A stretch of DNA of 61,550 nt, the filler included, from Hausera hauseri (taxonomy: Eukaryota), in the NCBI GenBank assembly GCA_046269625.1. It is 8 parts of 8 records of this genome, joined end to end, with 100 filler letters (N's around TTAATTAATTAA, not from the genome) between each part and the next. Parts side by side here need not be neighbours in the genome. Positions count along the whole stretch, not along the records: positions 1 to 7,076 come from JBJURY010039555.1; positions 7,177 to 15,564 come from JBJURY010659885.1; 6 more parts are not named here. One strand, 5' to 3'. The notes below the pieces were generated by a model, which saw nothing but the letters and a program-made list of their open reading frames with translations, did no database searches and was not told the DNA's origin. This document shows, piece by piece, positions 1 through 13,187 of the stretch. The position numbers were made by a program, and so were the translations under genes. Each line of letters begins with the position of its first letter. The first letter of the stretch is position 1.

Positions 1-1865
1 TGATAATAAGCCCCTACTCTGCAATGTGTTTTATGTTATGAAATTTTGGCCAATAAACCAATGAAACTCTCCAAACTGAAGCGTCATTTTGAATCCAAGC
101 ACTGCAAATTTTTTAATAAATTTTTAGTGCTTTTTGAGAATAAGCGCAGAGTTACAAGAAAAGAATGGAATATTGCATCTTTTTGTTTCTGGTGATAAAA
201 CTACTAAGGCTACTGAGGCATCCCAGAGTTTTACTATTGATTGCAAAAACCGGAAAAAACCACACTATTGCAGAGAAGTTGATCAAAACTGCTGCGAAAC
301 TAATGATAAAAATAATGCTTGATGAAAAGGCGACAAATGCCCTCAACAAAGTTCCCCTTTCGAATGATACGATAAATGTCGAAGAAAGACCATAGCTGAA
401 AGTGTGGAATGTCAGCTGTTGATGAGTTTACTGATATAGCGAACAAAGCAAACCTTATGGCATGTGTCAGGTATGAATATTTAGGCGCTGTTTATGATGA
501 CTTTCTTCTGTAAGTCTGTAACGACCAATGCTGCCGGCTAGAAAATTTTTGAGATATTTAACAATTATATATAACAAAGTTGGTTGGACCCTGTGTCGTT
601 ATTAGAACTGATAGTACTGCATCAATGACAGGAAATATTAAAGGCTTGAACACATCAAAAAAGTTGCTCCACTGGCAATAGCAACTCACTGGCATTTATC
701 GAGAACAACTCGCAACAAAATTCCCTGCTATCTTAAATCAGTAAAACTTATAAACTTTATCAAAAGGCGCCTTTTAAACGCGTGGATATTTGAATCTTTA
801 TGCGTAGAGATGGGAGTGAACATATCAACCTTCTTTTTCATACATAAGTTTGTTATCGCGTGCAAAAGTGCTCACTCGTCTGCTTGATTTACGCGAGGAA
901 GTTAAAATTTATTTTCGCGACTGTGACCATCGAACTTTCCACTTGTTGGATTGCATGCATGACTTTTAATAGCTTTCTCAGTTGGCGTACTTGGCTGACA
1001 TTTTTAGCAATCTAAATACACTTAACATAATTCTGCATGGCAGAGATGTCACAATCTTAAAAGTTCGAGACAAAGCAAAGACTGTGTATAAAATTAGAGC
1101 TGTGGAGTGATCGCCTCAATCGATGAGAATTTGACTCATTCCCAAACCTCAGTGGTTTTCTTGCGCCATAACCACAGTAAATTGATGAGCAGATTATTTC
1201 AAAGTTCATACCGCACTTAGAGGGTCTGCATGAGCAATTCAGAATTTATTTTTCAGAGCCGGAGAAAAATCTGGATGGATCAGAAACCCACTGCAATCAT
1301 AAATACAGCTAAAGCAGTCGGTACCAAACTTACTTCAAGCGATGTTGATAGTCTTGTGGAACTTGCTTCTGATGGTCTCCTGAAAATGTTGTTTGCTGAG
1401 AAATGCTTGACAGACTTTTAGCCTCAAGTAGGATCTGAGTATGGTAAAGTTGCTGACATCGCTGTGAAGCATTTATTGCCATTTCCAACAACTTACTGTT
1501 GAGAAATTGGATTTTCAACACTTGTGGGACTGAAAACAAATAAGAGAAGCCGATTGGACGTGGAATCTAACATGAGATTGAAACTCTCCAATACTGATCC
1601 AGATATTATCACCTTAATATCTCATCAAAAACAACTACACTCATCATTAACCTTTTAATTAATAAAGAACTTTATTAAATTTGTAATTTTATGTAACCCT
1701 TTTACTATACCAGTATCACTAAAGTACATTTAGCTTTGAATCTTAATGAAACAAATGCGACAATTTAAATTTGAAATTTACGGTAATTATTTTAAGCATT
1801 GGTGGTCCGCCGTATTCTTTTTTTTAGTAAAGTGTATTGGTGTCCGAAAAGTTTAAGAGCCAGTG
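1..1865 (+). mobile_element. decayed hAT (Buster/Charlie-type, ZBED5/SCAND3-like) DNA transposon, left end missing
   Basis: Broken frames give MKLSKLKRHFESKH, LIAKTGKNHTIAEKLI, KVPLSNDTI and C-terminal LLPFPTTYC*EIGFSTLVGLKTNKRSRLDVE. Right terminus AAAAGTTTAAGAGCCAGTG is followed by CTTTAGAT (Buster-type NNNTANNN target). Many stops and frameshifts. Confidence 0.88.
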
Positions 1866-1999
1866 CTTTAGATAAATTTTAATAAATATTTATGGCTTCA
1901 GAAAGGATATGGTGATCACTATTTACTAAATTATCTGTCGATTAAGTGAATTACCACATCTAAAATTTTGCCACATTTTTAATGAATCACAATGAACGT

Positions 2000-2638
2000 T
2001 GTGGTAAAATTTCAGTCAATTTGGTTTGTCAAAGTTTTTTGAGTGTTCTCTACTCAGTAAATAAGACAATCTACATTCATTTTCATTAAAAACATTTCCG
2101 TCACCATTTCTGTCCTGTGAGGATATAATCGAGAAGTGAAATTTCAAATTTAAATTAAAAGCAATTTTAAATTTAAAAAAATCCAACCATGAATTTAATT
2201 TTAAAATGTAATATTAAAAGTAAATTTTAATGTCGGAAAATTTTCGCGAACCAATTGTTGCCCAACAAATTCAGGAAAAGCGACGACGTGGAGAAGTTCA
2301 TTAAAGGATTTGAAAAATTCATTAAGTATATGAACATCCCTGCGGCTAAGCAGAAAATCATGGTTGGATCCCTCTTGGAGGAAGAAGCACTAGAAAGGAA
2401 CAAGGCAGTAGATGAGAAAATAATGGGATATCAAAACCAAATGCGGAAGGCTTTCGCCCGATCCTCAACGCTGTGCGAAGATCTTAATGAAGCTCTCGAG
2501 TACAGAATGAATGGAGCGAAACCGGAGGCTTACTTCAAGGCAATCGAAAAACTGATGACTAAAGTCATGAAGCACGACTTTTTCACGCGAAACTCTAAGA
2601 GGAACTATTGTTCCAATGTTGTAACAGTAGATAGATGA
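2000..2638 (+). mobile_element. Ty3/gypsy 5' fragment: short LTR-like segment (2000-2106) plus gag remnant (2255-2638)
   Basis: TGTGG...CACCA segment of ~107 nt, AT-rich leader, then gag-like ORF PNKFRKSDDVEKFIKGFEKF...; no pol follows. Confidence 0.5.
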
Positions 2639-3842
2639 GAAGAGAGGTATACCTTTATTAGAAAATGTGTTGATCGTACAAGCGAAAGAAAGATATTGTC
2701 TTGTTCGTTTCGTAATCAAAAGTAAATCAGATGTACATAGTCTAGACCCGAATAAATCTGCCTCAAGTAGAATATTTTCTTTGTTTTGACTTCTGTCACC
2801 AAAAGTAGTTGGTCAAACGGAATTGAATAATCGAATAAATAGTCAGAAATTTCGGTTATGGTACAAACTGACCCGTAATAAATTGGTTGAATACATAAAA
2901 TCCCGCTCATGTGTAAACAGATTCAATATTTTAAAAAGAACGGAAATTGAAATTGAAACACAAATTTTTCAAATATATGGCGAAATCAAATTCAAAAAAG
3001 TGATTCCGTTTATCATTATTTAAACAAAATAATATTTTTACATTGTAAAGTTTCAAAAAGATGCTACATAAAAAGGGACTGGTAAATCCGATAAAATTGC
3101 AAAAGAAATTATTGTCTGTAACTGCAACAAGATAATTCCCATTTGAACTCATCTCGACACAATTTATGATTGAATTTTTGTTCACTTCATTCATATTGTC
3201 AGTTTGTTGTCGTCCGTTTATACTCATTTCGTTTGTCGTATGAATGTTCAAAGTTCAACTTTTGTCATTGTAAATGTTATCGTCTTCAATGTTGTCTGAA
3301 AAATTTTGAATAAAGTTCGATACACATTGTTGGTCAGGTGTGAAATATTCATGATGAACATTCGGAAAAGTTCCAACAGATATTATAGAAATAACGACGA
3401 AAACCAAATGTCGTCATGTTTGAAAATTCCCATATTGTTCAGATTTTTAATCATCTTTACAACATTATGGGAATTCCAATTTAATTAATTTTGCACTAAT
3501 TTGAGGTCGAAATTCAGCACAATTGAAATTCCATCGACGGAGTTGTTTTCCATTTCGTAGAGATTTTATAGGTCAATCAGTTCACAGGGCCATGCAAAGA
3601 TTTTTATACCTTTCGATATAAACGACTCATCTTCACCGAGAATAAATGTTTTAGATGACTTAGGAATTTTCATTGCCGCAATCTCTGATTGAATCAGCAG
3701 TTCCACGTGAATAACTTCGTCTGAGAAGTCGTACGTTTGCTAAGTAGAGGATTTCGATCTGTTTAAGGAGTGGTCGAGGTTCAATGGTTTTGCTTTAACA
3801 GCCTTTTACTGCGGAATTTTTGAGTAAGAGAAATTGTAAATT

Positions 3843-4842
3843 TTTCGAAGCGGAAGGTTGGGCTCGACTATGGGTCCCACGCGGCGATAGCGGACGCCCG
3901 GCCGTGCCCAACCAAAATGGGCCGAAGGACACCGGCCGCCGTGGGCATCACAACCCAGAAAGAGATCAAAGAAATGCAGAGATTTGATGCCTTTTTAACT
4001 ACCATATACGTTCGCGCTTGGTTCCAGGAACCCTTGCAGAAACAATTAACCCACTACCATGACCTGTCCATCTCAAGTGCTGCAGTTACTTCATTTGCAC
4101 GACACCAGTGGTATCTGAGGGAAATCTTAGTTTCACTAGCATATTTCCATCTGGAGATCAATGTCGCCGTCAAGAAGCGGATGGTCCAGGCATTAGTTGA
4201 AAAAGATGGTTCAGCGAAGCCCTTGAAGAAAATCATCGTCGTCAAAGATGGGCAAAAATTTGCCAACGCGACAGTTGCTGACTATGTTACCAAATACTCA
4301 GTTCGATTTTTCAAAATAGTGGGAATTTATCGCAGTAGGCCCTGCGGAAGGACTATAAAGCATGTAAGGAGGTAGTTCAGTTCGTTAAGCTTGTCAAGGA
4401 CTGTCCCGAACGAGGAATTGTATTAATCCAGAATTTCAATAACCTTCTGATCAAGGCCGAGAAGCAGAAATAGTATCGCCTGCAGGTGGTCGAGGAACAT
4501 CGACGCAAATTTCCTTACGCTAGAAAACTGAGGATAGAAGCACTACAGCACACCGAAAGAGATGATAATGGCAGTTAATTAGACACTTAATGAAACTGCG
4601 TATTAAGTTTGTACCTGCTAATTATGTAAATTTAATATTAATTTGCCATTAAAATACAGTTGTATGCGTCTTTGTATTAAATATAATTAGATATATTATT
4701 AACATATAGGGTATATATTTCAAGGTTGATGTGTGTGATGCTCACAGCGGCCGGCGCCCTCTGGCCCATTTGGTTGGGCGCGGCCGGGCGTTCGTTGCTG
4801 CCGCGTCGAGCCCATAGTCGGGCGCGATCTTCTGCCTCAAGA
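3843..4842 (+). mobile_element. C-terminal fragment of a hAT-related (tentatively hATm-like) transposase enclosed by ~110-nt GC-rich inverted repeats
   Basis: IYVRAWF, RHQWYLREILVSLAYF, KLVKDCPERGIVLIQNFN, LQVVEEHRRKFP; 3843-3952 and 4734-4842 are imperfect reverse complements. Confidence 0.75.
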
Positions 4843-4959
4843 CCACCACGAGATAGCGATGTCTAATCAGTCTTTGGGCGAATTATGAACGTTACTTTTG
4901 GACAAAGGTTGAGAAGAGCAATTCTAATTCCACCGGTGATATACTAAAACAGCCAAAAT

Positions 4960-5230
4960 TTGAGTGTGTATTCGGCAATTTCAACACGATTCGAATATTA
5001 CGCGTCCACAACTGCAACGCATGGTCTAAGTCGAATTGGATTAACAAAGTCATTCAAAGCAAAATTGTTTTGGGGTTTCTGTATACTAGCATCGTGTGGC
5101 GATCTAACATATCATTCTCTACAGTCACTCCACGCATATTAGAGCTATGAAGGATGAACGGTAATGACTCATGACAGTTTTGTTTTCCCAATGCCTACAA
5201 TAACTCTTTGTCCAGTTATACCATTTGTTA
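4960..5230 (+). pseudogene. DEG/ENaC channel N-terminal fragment
   Basis: YASTTATHGLSRI (HG motif), KLFWGFCILASC (TM1), then FPMPTITLCP; in-frame stops after HAY. Confidence 0.75.
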
Positions 5231-7076
5231 AACGATTTCAAAATAACTTTCAAATCGTTGCATATAACTTAAGTCTACTAGACATTTTCTACATTCTGAA
5301 TCAATATTGGCATTTGACAAATGTCATCTTTATTTGATTCGAAAAGCCGCATGACATATTCAACAGTGACTCTAAAGTACAGATTAATTCCGGAATAATC
5401 CGATTTTATCATATTCTGCAAATTCAATGAAGATCAATCCATTTTCGCAAACAAGCTGACTCATTTCCTTATACTGTACCACGTTGCATACGGACGTTTA
5501 AATGAATTAAATTCATCATAGCTAATTTCTACCTTTAACTTGAAGACGTATGTAAGTACATTGACCCATGTTTGCAATGTTCATATTCTAGTTTTTGAAG
5601 ATTATCTGTCACTTTGATAAATTGAACAACGCCACCAGCGATTTCTACGCATATTTTCCTGAAATGTCTTCAGATCATGAATCAAAATCAGTTTTACTTC
5701 GATTGAAGAAAAAAAATGGCATCGAAATTATCCAATCGATCTATTGTCAAATTATTTTCCGATAAAATCTCATGGAGAATTCTCGACAATTTGTACAAAA
5801 TAATCCGAACGTACACGAATTCCAAAGATGGCCAACAAAATTATCAAATAGATATTGGCAATCAGTACAAAACTGTTGATTTTGTTTCAGTGTTTTGAAG
5901 GAAGATGACATTGCCATTGGACAGAAAGTTTACTGGACACTCGGTACGGCTGCCGATTGTTTTCTGAATTTAAACAGTACGAAACGACGAACGAAAAACA
6001 TCACAGACCTATTGAACATTTTGATGGAAATATTGCTCATTTGGCTGGACGGAATTTATCGGAAAAGAGTGGAACGAAAATTGAATTCTGTGCATCGGTC
6101 ATTTTGACTGTAGATTTTCTAACCGTGATCTCCAATGACGAAAAATATTGGAATTTTGTGGAGGAAATCTGTGATGATCTGCAGTATTTGTTGGACAGGC
6201 AGCTCTTGTAAACAAAACAGATTCGTATTTATTTTCATTCCAGTAAGTAAGTGTCAATTTCTGAACTTTTTTTTCATGTAAATAAATGGCTTTTATTTTG
6301 TTTAAGTATTGCAAAAAGAATAAATACTCAATATTGCCTTATTGAATTTTCAATTTGTTCATGCCATTTTAGAAATTTTTTGACTTTTAATTAATGGATA
6401 TAATACAGAACCACAATGTGGCACCCTTTCAACTTATCACCGAAATTTTGTACTTTTAGCCTCTAATTACAAAGAACAAAATTAGAATGTTGGACTTTGA
6501 CATATTGAAGAAAAAATTTTTTGGATCACCTTAGTGTTCAGTGCGATTGTATACATTTATAATTTTTGGTAGTATTGTAATCTATCTCTCAAACTTGTTT
6601 GGTAAAATATGTCAGCTAATTTTGTAATATTCTGCTAAATCGTTCAATGAGTGCAGCCTTGTACTGTGAGTAAACTGAGTAATGCTTAATACCATGTTTC
6701 TTTAACAGTAGAGGAAAATGTGCATTCTCTACCACCCCCTGGGGGTTTCGCAGTGCAAATCAATATTGCATCCGGAGCACTATCGATCTGTAAAGTGCTT
6801 AGCAACTGTGCCGAATGGAACCGTTGATAAGCACGTTTTGGCACATTTCACTTATCGATCGCTGCACATTGCTCTGTTGATGAAATCGATTAGCACAAAG
6901 TGCTAATCGATAGTGCACATCGAGGCGCATTGATCTGTATACAGTGCAGTGCACATGCACATGTGCAAATTTAGGCAAATAAATAATATGGGTTTCCCGA
7001 TAATTTCAATATTTATGATTAACACATTGCACTGTGTGCAATCGATTGGAAGAACGGTGAACTATACAAATATGCA

Positions 7077-7176
7077 NNNNNNNNNNNNNNNNNNNNNNNN
7101 NNNNNNNNNNNNNNNNNNNNTTAATTAATTAANNNNNNNNNNNNNNNNNNNNNNNNNNNNNNNNNNNNNNNNNNNN
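7077..7176. other. artificial contig spacer
   Basis: 44 N + TTAATTAATTAA (stops in all six frames) + 44 N; identical at seven places. Confidence 0.99.
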
Positions 7177-7438
7177 CCGAAAATAGCGCACGCACCCTGT
7201 ATATATATATATATATCTGGAAGTTGGCCACGACTATGATAGTTCGTTTTTCAATGTACTTTCATCGCAAGACGGGGAAATTACAACAGGAGTGTTAGAA
7301 AAGGAATGGATACTAAATCTGGTGTTCCAAGAACCATTCACCTAGATTATGGAAAGAATTTCTCTTTAGCTAGAATGAATATATTTCCAAAGAAATACAA
7401 AATTCACTTGCAGTTCTTAAGTCAAAATCACGCAAAAC

Positions 7439-7616
7439 ATGTCCGACTTTAGAACCCGCAAAAATGTGAAAATTTGTCTATTTTAAACATATTTTTATTC
7501 GTCGCAAAGGCCTTCGCTTCGCTCCGTCCAAAAATAGCTCGGAATAAAAATAAGTCACCCGATAATGAACAATAAATCGCAAAATTTCCGGTTCAAGTGT
7601 TGCTGAAGTCGGACAT
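7439..7616. mobile_element. MITE-like element (~178 nt)
   Basis: terminal inverted repeat ATGTCCGACTT / AAGTCGGACAT, extendable with mismatches; non-coding interior. Confidence 0.5.
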
Positions 7617-8846
7617 ATTGTGTTAGACAATACAACTTTATGTTTTAAAAGATACTAGAAACATTTGTTATAAAATTAAAATACCAATTGTAACGATTAA
7701 AATTCTCAGAAAAGCTTTCAGGAAGCTTTTATAAATACAAGAGGATGTGTTTAGGTGGATCAACAATTGTATCTATCTTAATTAAAAAGAATTCAAATAT
7801 GAAAGTACAAATACAAAATCAGTAAGATTACATCAAAAAGCTCAGAAAATTACAAGCAGATTTAACTAAAGTTCAAATAAAACCTGAAGGAAATAGATTC
7901 TTGGCAATCGTACTTAAACAAAACTGGAAACTATTTAATATTGACTGAATTTTAAAAATTACTCCTGCATTTTCCGTGTTTGTCTTTACTATTGATAAAA
8001 ATAAATATATTTGTTCAATTTCCCAATATATACACAAAAATGTTTGGATGAAATTTCTGTCCCTTGTCGACCAATATTCATTTAATAATTGGCTATCTGT
8101 GTCGCTCTTCTGTAAAGCCAAAATTTCTACACGGGCGAAAAAACATAAGCTACATAAACATTTTTAAGTTTTGCAGAAATAGAATATCGGTCCAAAAAGG
8201 AACAATAACTTTATAAAAACTCAATTGGACTCTAAGCGATTTAATTCAACCTGGGTATTTAATAAATAATTTAATATATTTCCCATATGTACAATTTGCC
8301 TAAATAAAAATTTAATTTTCATTTAAAACTATTTTTTCTTTACAAAATTACTTTTAAGAACAGTTTTGATTGAAAATTTGCATGCTGACAATACTGCTTA
8401 CGATGATTTCAATATAAATCATTTTTGCTCTTATCTAAATTTTTCTTAGGTATTCACAATAAACTTGGATTAGCAATGTAATATGACCCTAAACTGTTAT
8501 TGCACTTAACACTGAAATTATTCGTTGAACCTAACAATAATTTAGAGAAATATCGCATAACTAATTCAAGTTTGTTAATATCTAAGGAAATTCTAGTTAA
8601 GAGCAAAAATAATTTATATATTTGAAATCAGTGTAATCAATAACGTCAGCATGCACATTTTCAATCAAATCCGTTCATAGAAGTAAACTAGTGTCCCATG
8701 TTAGTAAATAACATGGGACGCTATAGTTTCAACTATTTATAAGCAAAAATACGGAAGCCTCCAATCAACAAATGTACTCAAAAAATGTAGAAAACTCAAA
8801 AAACCAATTATGTATTTAGAAATGACAAATAAACGAATCTAAGTTT

Positions 8847-11800
8847 TTATGGGCTTTTCGGAGAAAAACTGTTCAATTGAGAACTAGACGGCGCATATCC
8901 CGGCGTTATAGGTGAAAACGACGGCGATGTTGGACTGTAACTCAGATTTCCGGAATACTGAGCAGTAGCTGAAACTGTACTTGGAGAATTAGGAGAAAAC
9001 GCAGGTGATGTCGGAGTGTATCTAGGAGAAGCAGAATACGACAGTGAATATGAGGGAGATGCCACCGACCCATATCTAGGTGATGTTGGCGAATAGGATG
9101 GCGATGTAGCAGCCCTAGGAGAGTTTACAGAATAATTCGGCGAAGTCGGAGAATAATTCGGAGAAGTCGGGGAATAGTTAGGTGAAGTTGGCGAATAATT
9201 AGGTGAAGTCGGGGAATAATTTGGAGACGTTGGAGAATAATTGGGTGATGTTGGAGAATAATTTGGTGACGTTGGAGAATAATTTGGTGAAGTGGATGAA
9301 AAATTTGGAGAACTTGTAGAATAACTTCGAAGTGCAGGCGAAGATGGACTATAGTTCGGACTTGTCGGAGAATATCTTGTCGATGCCTGATTAAAAGAAG
9401 GACTATTTGGTGAATAAGAAGGACTGGCAGGAGAATATCCCACGGTTGACGAGCCTATTCTTGGCGAAGTTGGTGAATACGACGGTGACGTGGGCGAATA
9501 ATTAGGGCTAGTTGGACTGTAAGAAGGTGACGTCGGTGAATATCCAGGACTTGTGGGAGAATATGAAGGTGAAGTGGGAGAATATCCAGGACTTGTAGGT
9601 GAATAAGATGGAGATGTTGGAGAATAATTCGGGCTCGTTGGAGAATAAGACGGTGATGTTGGTGAATATCCAGGACTAGTGGGTGAATATGATGGTGATG
9701 TCGGTGAATAACCTGGACTCGTTGGCGAATATGACGGTGACGTTGGAGAATATCCAGGACTAGTTGGTGAATATGACGGTGATGTCGGTGAATAACCGGG
9801 GCTCGTTGGAGAATATGATGGTGACGTCGGTGAATATCCAGGACTTGTTGGAGAATATGTTGGTGAAATTTGAGAATAGCCAGGACTGTTTGGACTGTAA
9901 CCTGGACTGGATGCTGGTGAGTACCCACTGCCCACCGGACTCAATCCAGGACTGACCGGGTTCATACTGGGAGAAAATTTACTACTAAAACCGTAATCAG
10001 GTGTTTTGGGACTGAATCCTTGCATCGGACTGAACCCTAGGCCAAAACTGGGTGACATTCCCATTTCCGAATATCCGCCAGGCGAAAAAGCAGCCCCGTA
10101 TGCCGATGATCGTGGAGATGACCCAAATGGAGACAAGGAGTATTGCGACAATTGAGGAGAGCCGAATTGGACGGGCGTCGCACCTCCAACCATATACAGA
10201 TTCTGAGCCAATCCCGCCATCAAAGGTAGAGGCTGTGCCTCATTACATTTTTCATAGTTCATCAAAATGTCGAAACATCCGCTACCTATCTTGGCAAGCT
10301 GACCCAACATGATTGATTCGCTTACACCTTTCATTGGATCAACTTCTGCATGAGCCCCAGCTTCCATGAGGATGTCCACCGTTTCCTCGAATGACGACCT
10401 GGCCAAGGCGCCAGTTTCCTGTCTGTTAATACCATGTCGATCAATGGACATAAGATGGCCTTTGTGTGTCATTACTTCACACAACAACGCCAAATGTCGA
10501 TAATTGACGTATGAACCGTCGAACGATATAACATTGTACATTTCCCTTTCAATAGAACATCTAGCCGCCTCTATGCCGAGCGTTTCGAATATTTCCGTTA
10601 TGTGGTTACTCACAGTCCGCTCAGTGTCAATATCCCTTTCTGCAAGAACCTTCTGCAAACACGTTCCATCCGTCTCGACTAACCATTCAGGGATTGCAAC
10701 AAAACGTCCATCATAATCTTCAATAATCCGTTTTTTGTCATTGGACGTCGTCGGATAATGCAGATAGACACGAGATATCTGTGGAATGCCCTGCAAACAG
10801 ATCTCATCAAGAATTAAGTTCTCGATTAGTTCCAGATATTTTCTGTCCTCCATTGCCGTTTTGTCGTCATCACAATCTTCCTTCTTCAGCATACGAATTC
10901 GCAGTGTCAAATTCAGATTGTCATCGGGAATGTGGCAAATAATATCGTTGTGAAAATATTCGGTAATTTTCTCAGAAATAGTTTGCAGTGTAATTTTCTT
11001 ATCAGTCATTTTCTTTCTATTTAGCACAATACGCAGAAGGAATGGACTGATTTTCGTTACGTCAAAATCCGGTAACTCATAATATGTTCTTACCCAGTCC
11101 CTGTCCCTTTCTATAACGGAATTTTCCGGATCGGGATCGTAATAAATTTCAGATTTATACGCGATTTTTCGTAGAGTCGTGTGCTCCAATCGGGCTGCAA
11201 TTGACTTTGCCATTTCGGCATCCTTAGCAGCCTGACCAACCAAATAAACGGTAAGTGACGGTGTCTTTGGATTCCGACTGACGTTGATTATTTCCTTAAG
11301 TCGCGGTACACCTAAAGTAACGTTCTTAGCAGACACACCGGCGTAGTGAAAAGTATTCAGTGTCATCTGAGTAGCCGGTTCACCCAAACTCTCGGCGGCC
11401 AATGCGCCCACCATTTCTCCAGGATGAACAAGTGACCTGTCAAATCTCGTTTTGATCTCGCCAATAACCCACTCGAATGCTTTAGGACTCAGTCTATAGT
11501 CTTCAATGACTTTCTTGGAGCACAACAAACTTCTAAGAAGGCAACATATAAGCAACGTGGCGTTTTCGTTAGCAACTTTGCTCATCTTGTCATCACCACG
11601 AACGACTATTAATTGTGTACACAATCGACGGACTTCGTCGATGATATCCATTGGTGACAAATTCGACTTACCCAGTTTATCGATTTTGAATATCTTCTGT
11701 GCATTTATCACCAATCTAGTGATATTACAAGGAAGGACAACTCGTCCTTCAGTTACATACTTCAAAATTGATCTTATAGTCGCCCTGTCTTTTACAAGCT

Positions 11801-13155
11801 GCTCCCATTCTGAATCCAGCTTTCGGATGGCTTCCGACTCGGTCGTTATCTTTCGCACGACGTCTTCAGTCAAGTAATGGTTCAATTCCTCCTCATTCGT
11901 TATGTCCAGCCTGAACCCTTTCTGGAATTCCGAATTACTCAGCAGATATGTCGGCAATTTCTGAAATTCAACGAATGCGCCATCTAGGCCATCCTCGCCA
12001 TAGCGAAACTGAATGATCTGGTCTATCTGATTTCTAACTGTGCCGTCATATTTCACCATAACCGACTCCATAGCCTTGATCAATCGTCGTTGAATATACC
12101 CAGTTTCAGCAGTTTTGACAGCAGTATCGATCAAACCTTCTCTACCACCTATTGCGTGAAAAAAGAATTCTGTTGGCGTCAATCCTGCCAAATATGAATT
12201 TTCCACAAAACCTTTTGATTCTGGACCATAATCGTCTTTAATAAAATGCGGCAAAGTTCGTTGTTGAAATCCAAACGGAATACGCTTTCCCTCGACGTTC
12301 TGTTGACCGACACAAGCGATGACCTGAGAAATATTAATTTTTGATCCCTTAGCTCCTGACATGACCATCAAATTAAAATTGTTGTACTTAGACAGAGATT
12401 TCTGTGCACTGTTGCCTGTATTTTCTCTAGCGTCGTTTAAAATTTTATTGACATTAGCCTCAAATGTTTGTCGCAACGTATTACCCGGAGTTGGCTGCAA
12501 ATCGTGATTGTGTGCCTTATCAATAGTGTCGAACACAGATTCTTTTGCCTTATCAATGGTTTGTTTGATGCTCTCCCTCGTCTTTGAGTCGTACAGAGCA
12601 TCTACAATACCAATCGTGTGCCCCTCTATCAACAGCCAATTATTTACAACAGTCTGCACGTTGTTGAAAAACATTCCAATTTCTTCAGGAGTGTGCTCCA
12701 ATGCAATTGTGTGAATAAGAGATCCTGCACTGCTACCCAATGTTTGTTTACACAACATTCCCACAATCAGTTCACCGTCCTCAATAAGCACGTGTGTATC
12801 ACATGGTGACATGTACTTATCTTCTGCAGTTACCATTTCTGGATGAGTCGAATGAAACCTAGTGCAATTTATTCGTCCTGGAATTATTAGTGAGAACAAT
12901 TGTTTTCCCGTCCACAACATTTGCGGCTTATAAATTGCTGGTTTCGGCAAACGACCATTCCATGTCGGCAAGTACATAAGAAGATGCATCATTTCGGCAC
13001 GATTGATAAACACGTCTCTACGGGTCATTTTATTGGACGCAGTTAGTGTATCCTGTACGATACTCATAACTGGCTTGTTACTTTGAGGAGTAATAACCAA
13101 TTTTGTGACACGGGCTAGATCAGATACTTCGGCCTTTGTTTCAACGGATTGTGGC

Positions 13156-13187
<32 letters not shown>

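Noticed and set aside
7121-7132. Recurrent palindrome TTAATTAATTAA as a biological motif
   Set aside because: Always centred in identical N blocks; a standard six-frame-stop concatenation linker. ORFs running into X characters are artefacts.
7873-8121. Named gene downstream of RPB1
   Set aside because: Possibly a terminal exon (acceptor-like site upstream) but no recognisable motif; not supportable.
9455-9928. His/Gln-rich 157-aa ORF and other short ORFs overlapping RPB1
   Set aside because: Alternative-frame or antisense shadows of the CTD repeat and the long CDS.
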